Shown: in pieces, positions 9,950-20,909 of the stretch
Numbering within the stretch: position 1 is the stretch's first letter
How the letters are laid out: each line of letters begins with the position of its first letter
NCBI GenBank assembly: GCA_965217115.1
Contig: OZ244239.1
Span: 1,920,001-1,984,000, forward strand
Source of the DNA: Bdellovibrionales bacterium
Lineage (GTDB): Bacteria; Bdellovibrionota; Bdellovibrionia; Bdellovibrionales; CAYMLA01
Direction of reading: 5' to 3'
Length of the DNA stretch: 64,000 bases
Made by a program: the position numbers and the translations under genes
Notes under the pieces: generated by a model
Database searches by the model: none
Told to the model about the DNA's origin: nothing
What the model saw: only the letters and a program-made list of their open reading frames with translations

Positions 9950-10606
9950 GTGTTTAGGCAGAAAAAAGATTTAGAACCTTGCAAATACGGGTTTCCCAGT
10001 GTGGATCAGGCAGATAGTGATGGCGTGGTGTGTGTTGGTGGCGATCTTATGCCATCTACTCTGGTGGAGGCTTATTCCCGAGGGATTTTCCCCTGGCCCT
10101 TTGATAATGATGAGACCCAAATTCCTTGGTTCAGTCCTGAGGAGAGGGGGGTTTTGGAGTTCAAGGATCTTCACATACCGAGGAGTCTCCAAAAGAAGAT
10201 CGGTAAATCCCATTGGAAAATCACTTACGATAGGGCCTTTGACGAAGTTATTTCTGGTTGTTCGAGATCATCATCTTCTGATCAGAAGGGGACATGGCTT
10301 TATCCGTTTATGAAAAAGGCCTATATGAGTCTTCACGAAATGGGTTACGCCCACAGTGTTGAGTGCTGGAGTGGTGAGAAGTTGGTAGGAGGTTTGTACG
10401 GGGTTTTGACTGAGAATTTTTTCAGTGCTGAGAGTATGTTTTATTTAGAGTCAGGAGCTTCTAAATATTGCCTAGTAAAAACGGTGGAGCATTTGCAGAG
10501 CATTGGCCACCAGTGGATGGACATTCAAATGGTGACACCTGTGACAGAAAGTTTTGGAGGAAAGTACATCAGTCGTCAGAGTTTCTTGGAAAAGGTGTTT
10601 TTTTAA
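9950..10606 (+). CDS. aat: Leucyl/phenylalanyl-tRNA--protein transferase
   Basis: GGDL...AY..GIFPW, WFSP..R, HSVECW...LVGGLYG, ESMF...ASK. Confidence 0.95.
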   Translation: MFRQKKDLEPCKYGFPSVDQADSDGVVCVGGDLMPSTLVEAYSRGIFPWPFDNDETQIPWFSPEERGVLEFKDLHIPRSLQKKIGKSHWKITYDRAFDEVISGCSRSSSSDQKGTWLYPFMKKAYMSLHEMGYAHSVECWSGEKLVGGLYGVLTENFFSAESMFYLESGASKYCLVKTVEHLQSIGHQWMDIQMVTPVTESFGGKYISRQSFLEKVFF

Positions 10607-10616
10607 AGTGGCCTGT

Positions 10617-12026
10617 TTATTGGTTATAACCAAAGAGGTTTTTGGCTTTAATGACTTTTGCAATCTCCTCGGGAACAAATTCCTCCCACATGGGGTTATT
10701 CTCTTGCAGGAGCTGGCGAACTTTGGAAGAGTGCATAGAAACTTGTGTCAAGTCACAACCTAGAAGATTAACAATTTTATTGTTCTCCATAAGATAGTTG
10801 TAGAGATGTTTTAGCTGCGAGGGAGGGTTGAAGGTGCTGGCTGTTTGGCAACTCTCTTTAGTGTGTAGAGGGTAGACGTAGACAGTGGATTTTCCATTGA
10901 TCAACTTCCCAAAGGCTTCAAGAATTCCACCATTAAGATGGGAGTAGAACTCTTCATCAAAAAGTTTTTCTAGATGTCCAGCACCTATGACCATGCCAAT
11001 AGCATTTTGCGTGAAACGTCCAAGATAGTTTTTAACATCAACAAATAAAACGTAGTTTGAGATTAAGATCGTGTGCCCTAGGGAGGTGAGTGATTCTACC
11101 CGTTCGAGAAAATCTTGTATAGGGGTGTCTTTTGAACCCCCTTTGAGGCTTTGCATGGTGATCTCATTAACAATAATGATGTCTTCATGAGTGTCCGTGA
11201 GATTGTAGTCTTTTATAAATTGTTTTTCACCGTGGTTGAGGATATCCAAATTAACTTTAGTGAATGGCCTGAAGGACCCTCTTTGCAAGAGGATGGGTTT
11301 TTTATAGAAAACATCAGATGGTTGTTTTACGTTGCCATCGGACCCAAATAAGACAGCGTCAGTGAACCCTTGCTCAATGAGTTCCAAGCTCAATAACCGA
11401 TTATTAAAGTGATTGAGATTGGGACCGTCGGTGTGAATCATATCAATTTCAATTCTCTGCCGGTTGAGGTTTCCTGTTAGCGATGAAATAAAGTCACGAC
11501 TATTATCTAATTGATAAAAAGCGGCGTGGGTGAGATTAACGCCGAGTATCCCTATGGCCTCTTGTTGTTGCTGGTTATTGGTATCGTGTAGACGAACGTG
11601 AATGACGATTTGGTTACAAGGGGTGTTGGGCTGGGTTTGGAAACGAACTCCTAGCCAACCATGGCATTCGTTTGTGCCCTTAAAATTACGAGCGGCAACA
11701 GTGTCGGCAAAGGCAAAGAAGCATGTGTTATCTCCGCGAGTTTCGGAGAGTCTCTCTTGCAGGAGATTGAATTCATGTTCGAGCATTTTGTTAAGACGTG
11801 ACTCAACGACGTATCGGCCAGAGTCTTCTTTCCCGTAGATGTCATCGCTGAATTTCATATCGTAGGCGGAAATCGTCTTAGCAACGGTACCGGCGGCGCC
11901 TCCTGCTTGGAAAAAATAACGTGCGACTTCTTGGCCGGCACCAATTTCAGCAATACTGCCATAGATGTTGGAGTCGAGGTTGAGAGCAAGAGCTTTCTCT
12001 ATGGTGGAAGTATTGTGTGTATCCAT
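10617..12026 (-). CDS. Conserved protein: putative CinA-like N-terminal domain plus nucleotidyltransferase-like C-terminal domain
   Basis: AEIGAGQEV..AGGAAGT..K..SAY N-terminus; RGSFRPFT, and HSSKVR near the C-terminus, resemble NadD-type motifs. Confidence 0.5.
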   Translation of the reverse strand: MDTHNTSTIEKALALNLDSNIYGSIAEIGAGQEVARYFFQAGGAAGTVAKTISAYDMKFSDDIYGKEDSGRYVVESRLNKMLEHEFNLLQERLSETRGDNTCFFAFADTVAARNFKGTNECHGWLGVRFQTQPNTPCNQIVIHVRLHDTNNQQQQEAIGILGVNLTHAAFYQLDNSRDFISSLTGNLNRQRIEIDMIHTDGPNLNHFNNRLLSLELIEQGFTDAVLFGSDGNVKQPSDVFYKKPILLQRGSFRPFTKVNLDILNHGEKQFIKDYNLTDTHEDIIIVNEITMQSLKGGSKDTPIQDFLERVESLTSLGHTILISNYVLFVDVKNYLGRFTQNAIGMVIGAGHLEKLFDEEFYSHLNGGILEAFGKLINGKSTVYVYPLHTKESCQTASTFNPPSQLKHLYNYLMENNKIVNLLGCDLTQVSMHSSKVRQLLQENNPMWEEFVPEEIAKVIKAKNLFGYNQ

Positions 12027-12255
12027 GGTTACTTTATCGGTAAAAAGTGACTTAATATGACCTTCTACTAGATGTTTTCATGAATAGAATAGAGTTTAGT
12101 CTCATTTTGAGACGCTATGCTTCGTGGCTGTGCAGGTGCTTAACAGGTTGAATAATGACGGCTTAAATGAATAGCCGTGGAAAGATATTTGACCTAATTA
12201 TGAAGAAAAAGTAGAAACTGATGTGGGTTTTTGTAATTAATAATTGGGAGCAATT

Positions 12256-13371
12256 ATGGGTTTTCTTTTAGAAGGTTTGTGGATTTATGGAGCCGTTGGT
12301 GGGGTTTTTCTCCTAGGGCTAATATTTTTTTTCCAACGAACCCGAGCGAAGTTAAAAACAAAACAGCGGACGTTGTTATCGCCAGAAGAAAATCCATTGG
12401 ATCAATCCCCAGGGGAGAGAGCTCCTGAAGAGGTTCCATCTCAAGAAGCCTCACTAGATGAAGCATTAAAGAGCACAAAATCTCATTTCTTTGGACGTAT
12501 CCAGTCTTTGTTTTCTTCTAAGTCTGAATTGTCTTCTGATGATTTGGAAAGTTTGGAAGAGATTCTTTACACCAGTGATTTGGGTCCTCAAACGGTTCAG
12601 AAGTTACAGATGTCTCTTGAGGAGCAATTAGAAGGGAGTGATAAGTCTGACTTGCCCAGCGTTTGTAAGGCTATTGCTCAGTCGATGGAAGGTATTTTCT
12701 CTAAGGTGACGATTGATTTAGAGAATGAATTCAGTGTAGAGGATTTGCGTCAAGGGCCCCATGGGCTGTCTGTGTGGATGATTGTGGGAGTTAATGGTGC
12801 TGGCAAAACGACAACGATTGGTAAATTAGCATCACAGATGACGAGTCGTGGGAAAAAAGTTTTGGTGGCTGCGGGTGATACGTTCAGGGCAGCGGCTGAT
12901 ACGCAATTAAAGGTTTGGACTCAGAGAGCAGGGGCAGAGATGTTTAGTCCAGAAGGGGTTAAGGACCCTAGCGCCGTGGCTTTTGATGCTTGTCAAATGG
13001 CTCAAAGCCGAGGCTTTGAAGTGTTAATCATTGATACGGCAGGACGCCTGCACACCCAGGAAAATTTGATGGAAGAGTTAAAGAAAATGAAGAGAGTTAT
13101 TCAAAAGGTCATTCCAGACGGCCCCCAAGAGACTTTGATTGTTTTGGATGCCAATTCTGGACAGAATGCCCTCACTCAGGCGAGACAATTTCACGATGCG
13201 TTAGATTTGACAGGAGCTATTTTAACCAAGCTCGATGGTTCAGCCAAGGGAGGTGTGGCAGTGGGTTTGGCTTGTGAGCTAGGCCTACCCGTGCGCTTGA
13301 TCGGTGTAGGTGAAGGCATCGGTGATTTACGGGGCTTTGCAGCAAGAGAATTTGTCAATTCTATTCTCTAG
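12256..13371 (+). CDS. ftsY: SRP receptor FtsY with N-terminal membrane anchor
   Basis: GVNGAGKTTT, DTFRAAA, DTAGR, TKLDGSAKGG. Confidence 0.96.
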   Translation: MGFLLEGLWIYGAVGGVFLLGLIFFFQRTRAKLKTKQRTLLSPEENPLDQSPGERAPEEVPSQEASLDEALKSTKSHFFGRIQSLFSSKSELSSDDLESLEEILYTSDLGPQTVQKLQMSLEEQLEGSDKSDLPSVCKAIAQSMEGIFSKVTIDLENEFSVEDLRQGPHGLSVWMIVGVNGAGKTTTIGKLASQMTSRGKKVLVAAGDTFRAAADTQLKVWTQRAGAEMFSPEGVKDPSAVAFDACQMAQSRGFEVLIIDTAGRLHTQENLMEELKKMKRVIQKVIPDGPQETLIVLDANSGQNALTQARQFHDALDLTGAILTKLDGSAKGGVAVGLACELGLPVRLIGVGEGIGDLRGFAAREFVNSIL

Positions 13372-13478
13372 AAATACGAGGCCAGTTGACGCAGATGAAT
13401 ATCTCCGTTATCTATATATAGTGGTTTAGTTCCCATTAATGATCCATAAGCTGTTTTTTTTGGATCTAGGAGGAAATT

Positions 13479-13853
13479 TTGGAAAACGACTCTAAAAAGG
13501 ATAAAACGGTTTTCGAAACACAAATTGCAGGAATGAGTTTTAAGTTACGAACAGCTCACAATGAAGAAACAGTTAATGAGCTGGTAGATTTTGTAAATAA
13601 TAAGTTTCAACAGGCGTTGAAGGGAACAAAGAGCGGATCTGTAGCGAATGCCATTGTGTTGGCATCCCTTAATATTGCTGAAGAGTATATGATACTCAAA
13701 AAGAAGGCGAGCTTGGAACTTGATAATTTATTAGAAGAAACTCAAAAGATTTCCTCCGATTTGGAACTAGCCCACTGTTCTCAAAATGAGCAAGACAAGG
13801 TGTTGGAGACGGATCAGAGTGAAAGTAATAATAATTCATTTGCGAGTTGTTAG
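13479..13853 (+). CDS. zapA: Cell division protein ZapA
   Basis: IAG..F.L, AIVLASLNIAEE followed by a coiled coil; zapA-fau-rny synteny. Confidence 0.8.
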   Translation: MENDSKKDKTVFETQIAGMSFKLRTAHNEETVNELVDFVNNKFQQALKGTKSGSVANAIVLASLNIAEEYMILKKKASLELDNLLEETQKISSDLELAHCSQNEQDKVLETDQSESNNNSFASC

Positions 13854-13953
13854 CTCCTCTGGGTTTTTTTTGATCTGAATTCATCTGTCATTATGCTTTT
13901 TTAGAGAACTCTTATAACGACTGTCACTGCTTGTCAGTCCTAGGGGTTTTTGT

Positions 13954-14595
13954 ATGTCTTTGAAAGTAGACAAAGAGGTTTTAAGAAAGGCTTATCGACA
14001 AAAGCGTCGGGCCTTTGTTGAGAAATGTAAAATAAACAGTTCAGTTCAAGGGCTGCCTCAAGAATTGTCGATTCATAAAAGAGTTATTAAACAACTCAGT
14101 GGAGTGCTCACTGCCTTAGGGACAGATGGAAGTGTTTGGGGTTCTTATTTGGGCCATTTAAACAGTGAGTTGAATCTGGGATTGTTATCTCCATCGGATT
14201 TTGACGGCAAGTTGATAAGATGGGCGTATCCAGTGGTTGAGGGACAGAGACTACGGTTTTTTATTCCTCAAGATGGAGAGAAAAGCTTAAGGGTTGGGGC
14301 TTTGGGTATTTTAGAGCCAAATCCAGAATCATCAAAAGAAGTTTTTTTGCAAGATTTAGAAGGAGTCTTGGTTCCAGGTTTGGCTTTTGATTCCCATGGT
14401 GGACGATTGGGACAGGGAAAAGGGTTTTACGATAGATTTTTAAAAAATTTTAAAGGTGTAAAGGCAGGAATTGCTTATTCGGTACAGGTGAGTCAGGATT
14501 TTTTACCTGTTTCTGAGAGCGATATTCCTATGGATGTGTTGATAACAGAAGATGGGGTTATATCCCCGTCGCATAGGGTTCCATTGGGAGCCTAG
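13954..14595 (+). CDS. fau: 5-formyltetrahydrofolate cyclo-ligase
   Basis: GILEP, VLVPGLAFD..GGRLGQGKGFYDRFL, DIPMD.LITE. Confidence 0.93.
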   Translation: MSLKVDKEVLRKAYRQKRRAFVEKCKINSSVQGLPQELSIHKRVIKQLSGVLTALGTDGSVWGSYLGHLNSELNLGLLSPSDFDGKLIRWAYPVVEGQRLRFFIPQDGEKSLRVGALGILEPNPESSKEVFLQDLEGVLVPGLAFDSHGGRLGQGKGFYDRFLKNFKGVKAGIAYSVQVSQDFLPVSESDIPMDVLITEDGVISPSHRVPLGA

Positions 14596-14614
14596 ACAAA
14601 GAAGGTAGAGAGAT

Positions 14615-16198
14615 ATGGAAAGCATAAGTATGATAATGATGATTTTAGTTGGGATAGTAGGGTCCGTTGCTGGAGCGGGAATTGTTTTTTTAGTTAAAAA
14701 GAAACAGGAAAAGGATAACAAGAGGTCGGCAAAAGTAGAAGCTAATCGAATTGTGAACCGTGCAAAGTCAGAAGTGTCGCGTATGGAACGTGATGCTAAG
14801 AATAAGGCCAAAGATTTTGAATCTCGCGCACGTAAGAATGCAGAGACAGAGATTCAAAAGCAAAAGCAAAAATTGCAAAATATTGAGAAAGATCTCGATA
14901 GTAAGAAGAAACATATTGCAAGCAAGATGGAATCTTGTGATGAAGAGATTGCTCAGAAGATTCAAGATGTGGAAGAGAGAGAGAAATTGGTTAAATCGGC
15001 CAAGATTCGCTTGAAAGAGTTGGAAGATCAATCAGAGAAGAAGTTAGTTTCTCTAAGAGAGAAACTTGTTGTGGCTGCAGGAATGTCACCTGAGGAAGCT
15101 AAAAGAGAATTGGTAGAGGCAATGAAGGGCGAGGCTAAGAAAGAAGCTGATAAGTTGGCCTTGCAAATTGAAGTAGAGACGAATGCTGAGGCTGAGAAGA
15201 ATGCGAAGAAGATATTGAGCTTAGCTATATCCCGTTACGCGGGAGATTATGTTGCTGAACGCACGGTGACGGTGGTGGCACTGCCCTCGGATGAGATTAA
15301 GGGTAAGATCATCGGTCGAGAGGGAAGAAATATTCGAACTCTAGAGTCTCTGTGTGGTGTTGATTTAATTGTGGACGATACGCCAGAGGCGGTGGTGATC
15401 GCGGGTTTTGATCCTGTTCGTCGTGTGGTGGCTAAGGAGGCTTTGACTCGTTTGATTGAAGATGGTCGTGTTCACCCTGCCCGTATTGAAGAGATTGTAG
15501 AGAAGGTTAAAACTGAAATATTCCGTGGAATTCGTGAAGCTGGTGAACGGGCGATGATGGATCTTGGTCTTCAAGATGTGCATCCTGAGATTGTGAATCT
15601 TGTTGGTGCCTTGAAATACAGAACGTCCTACACACAGAATCAATACACCCATGTGCTTGAAGTGGGTTTTTTCTGTGGAATTATGGCCGCTGAGTTAGGA
15701 TTGAGTGTGAAGAAGGCGAGACGTGCAGGAGTGTTCCACGATATCGGTAAGGCATTGGATCACAGTATTGAAGGAAGTCATGCTGTGATTGGAGCTGATT
15801 TTATTAAAAAATATGGAGAAGCTCCAGATATTGTCCATGCAGTGAGGGCGCATCATGAGGATGTTCAGCCAGAGACGGCCTTGGCTTTTCTGGTTATTGC
15901 TGGGGATAAATTATCAGGTGCGCGTCCAGGGGCTCGTCGCTCGATGATGCAATCTTATATTCAGCGCTTAGAGGATTTAGAATCCATTGCCAATAGCTTT
16001 GATGGCGTAATTCGTAGTTTTGCTTTGCAGGCAGGCCGTGAAATCCGTGTGATGGTGGAGGGCGCCCGTGTGACTGATGAACATGCTTTAATGATGAGTC
16101 GTGATATTGCTCGCAAGATTGAGAGTGAATTAGTTTATCCTGGACAGATCAAGGTGACAGTGGTGAGAGAGACACGCGCGGTTGAACATGCGAGGTAA
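14615..16198 (+). CDS. rny: Ribonuclease Y
   Basis: N-terminal TM, coiled coil, KH motif [15 protein letters not shown] motif [13 protein letters not shown]. Confidence 0.97.
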   Translation: MESISMIMMILVGIVGSVAGAGIVFLVKKKQEKDNKRSAKVEANRIVNRAKSEVSRMERDAKNKAKDFESRARKNAETEIQKQKQKLQNIEKDLDSKKKHIASKMESCDEEIAQKIQDVEEREKLVKSAKIRLKELEDQSEKKLVSLREKLVVAAGMSPEEAKRELVEAMKGEAKKEADKLALQIEVETNAEAEKNAKKILSLAISRYAGDYVAERTVTVVALPSDEIKGKIIGREGRNIRTLESLCGVDLIVDDTPEAVVIAGFDPVRRVVAKEALTRLIEDGRVHPARIEEIVEKVKTEIFRGIREAGERAMMDLGLQDVHPEIVNLVGALKYRTSYTQNQYTHVLEVGFFCGIMAAELGLSVKKARRAGVFHDIGKALDHSIEGSHAVIGADFIKKYGEAPDIVHAVRAHHEDVQPETALAFLVIAGDKLSGARPGARRSMMQSYIQRLEDLESIANSFDGVIRSFALQAGREIRVMVEGARVTDEHALMMSRDIARKIESELVYPGQIKVTVVRETRAVEHAR

Positions 16199-16200
16199 TC

Positions 16201-17427
16201 GTGGCATTTCAAGAGCCTAATGAACAATTGCGACAGCTTAAGAAAGGAGCTGTCGATCTTGTTTCTGAACAGGAATTATTAAAGAAGCTAGAAATATCTT
16301 TTAAGGAAAATCGCCCGCTTCGTATCAAGGCGGGGTTTGATCCCACTCGTCCTGATTTACATTTAGGACATACGGTATTGTTGAATAAAATGCGTCAGTT
16401 TCAGAATTTGGGACATCATTGTATTTTTCTAATTGGTGATTTTACGGGGATGATTGGTGATCCCAGTGGGCGCAATGAAGCACGACCAGCGTTAACGAAG
16501 AGAGATGTGGCGGAGAATGCTAAAACTTATGCCAGACAGGTTTTTAAAATTCTCGACTCTAAGAAAACAGAGGTGTCCTACAATTCCCATTGGATGGATA
16601 AGTTTCAGGCTCAGGATTTTATTAAGCTCTCCTCTCAATACACAGTGGCGCGTATGTTAGAGAGAGATGATTTTGAAAAGCGTTACAAAGGTGGCATGGC
16701 GATTAATATCCATGAATTCTTATATCCCCTTGTGCAAGGTTATGATTCGGTGGCTTTAAAAGCCGATGTGGAGTTGGGGGGAACGGATCAGAAGTTTAAT
16801 TTACTTTTAGGTCGTGATATTCAAAAATCTTATGCTCATAGCCCTCAGTGTATTTTAACGGTTCCTATCTTAGAGGGCTTGGATGGAGTGCAGAAAATGT
16901 CTAAGAGTTATGACAATTACATTGGTGTTGAGGACTCTCCTAAAGACATGTTTGGTAAAACGATGCGGGTGTCTGATGAATTGATGATTCGTTACTACGA
17001 GCTTTTAACGGATATTGATGTGGATGGGTTGGAAAAATTAAAAAATGAAATTTCTAATGGAACAAAGCACCCTCGTCAGGCCAAGGTGGAATTGGCTCAA
17101 ACTCTTATTGAGCGGTTTTACGATAAAAAAGCGGCTGTGAATGCACTTGTGGAATTTGAAAGAATTTTTATAAAGAAGGGCTTACCCGATGATATCCCTG
17201 AGATGACCGTATCTGTGGAAAAAGAGATCTGGATTTGCAAATTAATGGTGGATGCTCAGTTAGCGGGGTCAACCAGTGAGGCTAGGCGTTTGGTAAAAGG
17301 TAATGCTGTGGAGAGAGATGGTAAAAAGTGTTTAGACCCTCAAGTTAAATGGAATTTAGAAGAAGGGCAGGAATTTGTTTTAAAGGCTGGAAAAAAGAAA
17401 TTTGTTAAGATTATGGTGCGGGCCTAA
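16201..17427 (+). CDS. tyrS: Tyrosine--tRNA ligase
   Basis: [27 protein letters not shown]-terminal S4 domain. Confidence 0.97.
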   Translation: MAFQEPNEQLRQLKKGAVDLVSEQELLKKLEISFKENRPLRIKAGFDPTRPDLHLGHTVLLNKMRQFQNLGHHCIFLIGDFTGMIGDPSGRNEARPALTKRDVAENAKTYARQVFKILDSKKTEVSYNSHWMDKFQAQDFIKLSSQYTVARMLERDDFEKRYKGGMAINIHEFLYPLVQGYDSVALKADVELGGTDQKFNLLLGRDIQKSYAHSPQCILTVPILEGLDGVQKMSKSYDNYIGVEDSPKDMFGKTMRVSDELMIRYYELLTDIDVDGLEKLKNEISNGTKHPRQAKVELAQTLIERFYDKKAAVNALVEFERIFIKKGLPDDIPEMTVSVEKEIWICKLMVDAQLAGSTSEARRLVKGNAVERDGKKCLDPQVKWNLEEGQEFVLKAGKKKFVKIMVRA

Positions 17428-17459
17428 GCTCACATAACAAACGTAGAGGATTTTTAATA

Positions 17460-18224
17460 ATGAAGATAAAATTTGTTCCTCAAGATAAAGAGTTTGAAAT
17501 TGATTCTAATGAGAGTGTTCTTGAAGTCGCTAAGAGAAACGGTATTTTTATTAAGTATTTGTGCAATGGTCAGGCGAGTTGTGCTGAATGTCGTATTCGC
17601 ATCACTAAGGGTGAACATAATGTTGTGAGTCCTAATGCTAAGGAAATCAGTCAAATCGGTTCTATGTATTATGTTGATAACCGTCGTTTGGCTTGTCAAA
17701 TTAAGTGTTTTGGAGATGTTGAAATTGACACCTCTGACCATGTTGGCAAGGAGGGGACAACGGTTAAAAAGGCCCGTGGCGCTAAGGAAGAGTCCAGTGC
17801 TGTCACAGGTCAGATGTTTGCTTCTCGTAGTGCAGTGGATGAAGATGAAAGACAGGCCAATGAATTGGTGATGAAGCAGGAGAGAGAGCAGCTTCTGCGA
17901 AAGTTAAAGACAGAGAGGGGAAGCCAGAGCAGTGGTTTTTATGATAGTCTGAAATCTGGTGTGGATTACCGAGAGTATGATGCTGACAAAGACCAACGTA
18001 AAAATAAAAATCATCGTAATAACAATAGCAGTAGAAACGACAAGTGGGATGACGATGAGAAAGAATTGGATCTGAGTAAAGTGGATGAGAATAAAGATTT
18101 AGATGTGACAGGTCAGGGAGCAAAGGGGCGTAACCGTCGTAACAACAATCGTCGTCGTCGTAACCATACTGCGAGCAATAGAAATAATAAAAACAGCAGC
18201 ACTAAGAATGATCGTAAAAAATAA
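17460..18224 (+). CDS. 2Fe-2S ferredoxin-domain protein with long low-complexity C-terminal tail
   Basis: CNGQASCAEC...RLACQ; the remainder is charged and N/R-rich. Confidence 0.8.
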   Translation: MKIKFVPQDKEFEIDSNESVLEVAKRNGIFIKYLCNGQASCAECRIRITKGEHNVVSPNAKEISQIGSMYYVDNRRLACQIKCFGDVEIDTSDHVGKEGTTVKKARGAKEESSAVTGQMFASRSAVDEDERQANELVMKQEREQLLRKLKTERGSQSSGFYDSLKSGVDYREYDADKDQRKNKNHRNNNSSRNDKWDDDEKELDLSKVDENKDLDVTGQGAKGRNRRNNNRRRRNHTASNRNNKNSSTKNDRKK

Positions 18225-18277
18225 CTAACATCTGCATAACGCTCGATAGTGTATTGCAGACGTGGCTGTATAAGTTG

Positions 18278-19012
18278 TTATGGGATATAATAAGTTTCAG
18301 CATCAAGATTTTCCCACGAGCCGTCTTTTTTTATCTTAGGAATAACTCGCCCTTTTTGGTAAAGAAGCTGTTTGTCTTTTTTTCTGAAGGTAAAATACAA
18401 AGGATCAACCAGCTTAGAAATAAGCCAGCTAGAGCCAGACATTTTAACGGTAATGACAGGTTCCCCATTGAGCTTGCCTTCCTTAATTTTTTTGTATGTG
18501 AAGCCAACGGTCTCTCGACGACTCATAACTCCAAATCTAGTTTTGACTGATTTACCTGAAAGTATCTTCTGCCAATGCTTTTGTAGATAGGGGACCATGG
18601 TTGGTCCAACAATAAAATTATCTGTTTTTTTCTCTCTAGATATTTTATTTCCACCATTCTGCTTTTTATAATGAAAGATAACCATCCCTTCTTTTATTTC
18701 TATTTTCCCCTTGGTGTTGATCTGTTTTTGCTCGAGAGTGAGACTTGAGAAGTTTCCTCTCTTATCATATTTCATGTCTTGTTCTAGGGCAATTCCACCG
18801 GTGGCATTTTTATAAACAGTCTTTACCTTTATTCCCGTAGCGCCCTTAGAAAAGTTCCTATACATCTTAAAAAGAACGTCTTTCTTGTGAGAGTCCATCT
18901 TATAAATAGTTCCTATTAATTTTTCTTTAGCAGATTGACCTTCAAAAGAAAAAGAAATTAAAACAAGGAAGGCGAATGTTTTTAAATAGATTGTCACGTC
19001 AATACTCTCCAA
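18278..19012 (-). CDS. Hypothetical exported protein
   Basis: 244-aa ORF, signal-like N-terminus, beta-strand-like pattern; start uncertain. Confidence 0.65.
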   Translation of the reverse strand: MESIDVTIYLKTFAFLVLISFSFEGQSAKEKLIGTIYKMDSHKKDVLFKMYRNFSKGATGIKVKTVYKNATGGIALEQDMKYDKRGNFSSLTLEQKQINTKGKIEIKEGMVIFHYKKQNGGNKISREKKTDNFIVGPTMVPYLQKHWQKILSGKSVKTRFGVMSRRETVGFTYKKIKEGKLNGEPVITVKMSGSSWLISKLVDPLYFTFRKKDKQLLYQKGRVIPKIKKDGSWENLDAETYYIP

Positions 19013-19085
19013 AAAGTTAAAAAGGTTATTCTCTATAAAGAGTATAGCCTTGTTTTAATTAAAATCTCAAGTAATGAAGGAAAAG

Positions 19086-19415
19086 TTAAACACTGAAAGA
19101 AATGCCGCATCCACAGGACTTAGCAGCATTTGGATTCTCAAAAGTAAACCCATTGCCGTTTAAGCCACCATCGTAATCTAAGGTCATTCCTATAAGGTAA
19201 AGATAGCTCTCTTGATCGACCACGACCTTCTCACCGTCATGTTCAAACTCATGATCCTTCGAGTCTTTCTCATTTCCAAAATCCATTTTATAGGACATTC
19301 CTGAACACCCCCCTTTCTTAATCAACACTCTGATAAAAGAGTCTGGTGTTAAAGAAGAGTCTTCTTCTTTGAGATTTTTGATTTTTTTAATAGCTTTTTC
19401 AGTCAAATGAATCAT
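19086..19415 (-). CDS. iscA: Fe-S cluster A-type carrier (IscA/ErpA)
   Basis: GGCSGMSY and CGCG.SF. Confidence 0.9.
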   Translation of the reverse strand: MIHLTEKAIKKIKNLKEEDSSLTPDSFIRVLIKKGGCSGMSYKMDFGNEKDSKDHEFEHDGEKVVVDQESYLYLIGMTLDYDGGLNGNGFTFENPNAAKSCGCGISFSV

Positions 19416-19484
19416 AGCTCGACTCTACCATGATTGGGAATAAAGGTAAAATATAAAAGAATAATATAAAAGAATAATAGAAAA

Positions 19485-20645
19485 TTAGACTGTTTTCCGG
19501 CTTTTAGTATAAGCATTAATTAAAACCTCAGCAGCTTTCTCAATGTGTGCTGCCGTTGTCCAGCGTCCCAGCCCAAGGCGATAGGTTGTTCGTGTAGAAT
19601 CATCGCTGAGGCCAATGGCTTTGAGGACGTAGCTTCCGGCCGTTGAGGCTGAGGAACAGGCTGAGCCAGTGCTCACAGCGATAGGACTCAAGTGGAGAAG
19701 CATCTCGTCAGGGTTGACGCCAGAAAACGAGAGATTTGCGTTATGGGAGAGGCGCTTCGTAGGATGGCCATTTACTTTTATGTCAGGAATAGAATTTCGT
19801 ACTTTCTCGACAAGTAGGTTTCGAAGGCCTTCAAGTCGACTATTCTCTTCAGCCATTTTTTCTATGGCTATTTCACAGGCTTTACCAAGACCTACAATAC
19901 CGGGAACATTGACAGTCCCTGAACGTAAATCCCTCTCCTGACCACCGCCGATAATTAATGGTTCTAAAAAACATTTAGGAGATTGGCTGCGGATAAAGAG
20001 AGCGCCACTCCCTTTAGGCCCGTAGATCTTATGCGCAGAGAGAGAGAGGAAATCGATTCCTAAGTCATTTACATCTATAAATATCTTCCCAATAGCTTGG
20101 GTGGCATCTGTGTGAAAAAAAACATCATTGGCTTTTGCGACCTTACCAATCTCTTTAATGGGATTAATAGTACCAATTTCATTATTGGCAAAAATAACAC
20201 TTATAAGAATAGTGTTGCTCTTTATGGCATTTTTAATTTGTTCAGCTGAGATTTGTCCATACTGATCTACAGGGAGAATGGTGAGTTCTGCACCTTGCTT
20301 ATGGGCTCTAGAAAATGGTTGTAGAATCGATTTGTGCTCGGCATTGGTGGTTATGATATGAGGTTTTCCCGGTCCTGCCCATTGATTTAAAATGCCTTGT
20401 AAAACCCAATTATTAGCTTCTGTAGCTCCGCTAGTAAAAGTAATCTCTTTGGGTTTAGCTCCGAGAATATTGGAAACCTGTTTACGTGCAGTATTGATAG
20501 CTGTATTTCCATCCCAACCATAGGAGTGCATGGAGCTTGATGGGTTGCCAAAAATTTTTGTAAAAAATGGGAGCATAGTTTCAAGAACGAGAGGGTCTAC
20601 GGGGGTAGTTGCGTGGTAGTCCAAGTAAATTGGCATATCAGTCAT
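19485..20645 (-). CDS. iscS: Cysteine desulfurase
   Basis: YLDYHATTP, FTSGATE, SAHKIYGPKG, STGSACSS. Confidence 0.92.
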   Translation of the reverse strand: MTDMPIYLDYHATTPVDPLVLETMLPFFTKIFGNPSSSMHSYGWDGNTAINTARKQVSNILGAKPKEITFTSGATEANNWVLQGILNQWAGPGKPHIITTNAEHKSILQPFSRAHKQGAELTILPVDQYGQISAEQIKNAIKSNTILISVIFANNEIGTINPIKEIGKVAKANDVFFHTDATQAIGKIFIDVNDLGIDFLSLSAHKIYGPKGSGALFIRSQSPKCFLEPLIIGGGQERDLRSGTVNVPGIVGLGKACEIAIEKMAEENSRLEGLRNLLVEKVRNSIPDIKVNGHPTKRLSHNANLSFSGVNPDEMLLHLSPIAVSTGSACSSASTAGSYVLKAIGLSDDSTRTTYRLGLGRWTTAAHIEKAAEVLINAYTKSRKTV

Positions 20646-20909
20646 TCGTTTTCCCTCAGTGTGTCAATATCTAATTTGTAACCACTTCAACGTGTTTTTA
20701 ACCGAAAGACTTTAAAAACAGGCCTAAGACGTGACTCTATTCTAATATCTGGTGGAGGTTTTTTTGACAAGATAAAAGAGCTTTTTTTGCCAGAGGTTTG
20801 CAGGATAAAAGAAGGTGTGAATTGTTTAGGAATCGTTGGCAAGGACTTGTCATTTTAGATCTTTGTGTTATATCCCATGTGTCAATTCCCTATTAATTTG
20901 GAGATGATT

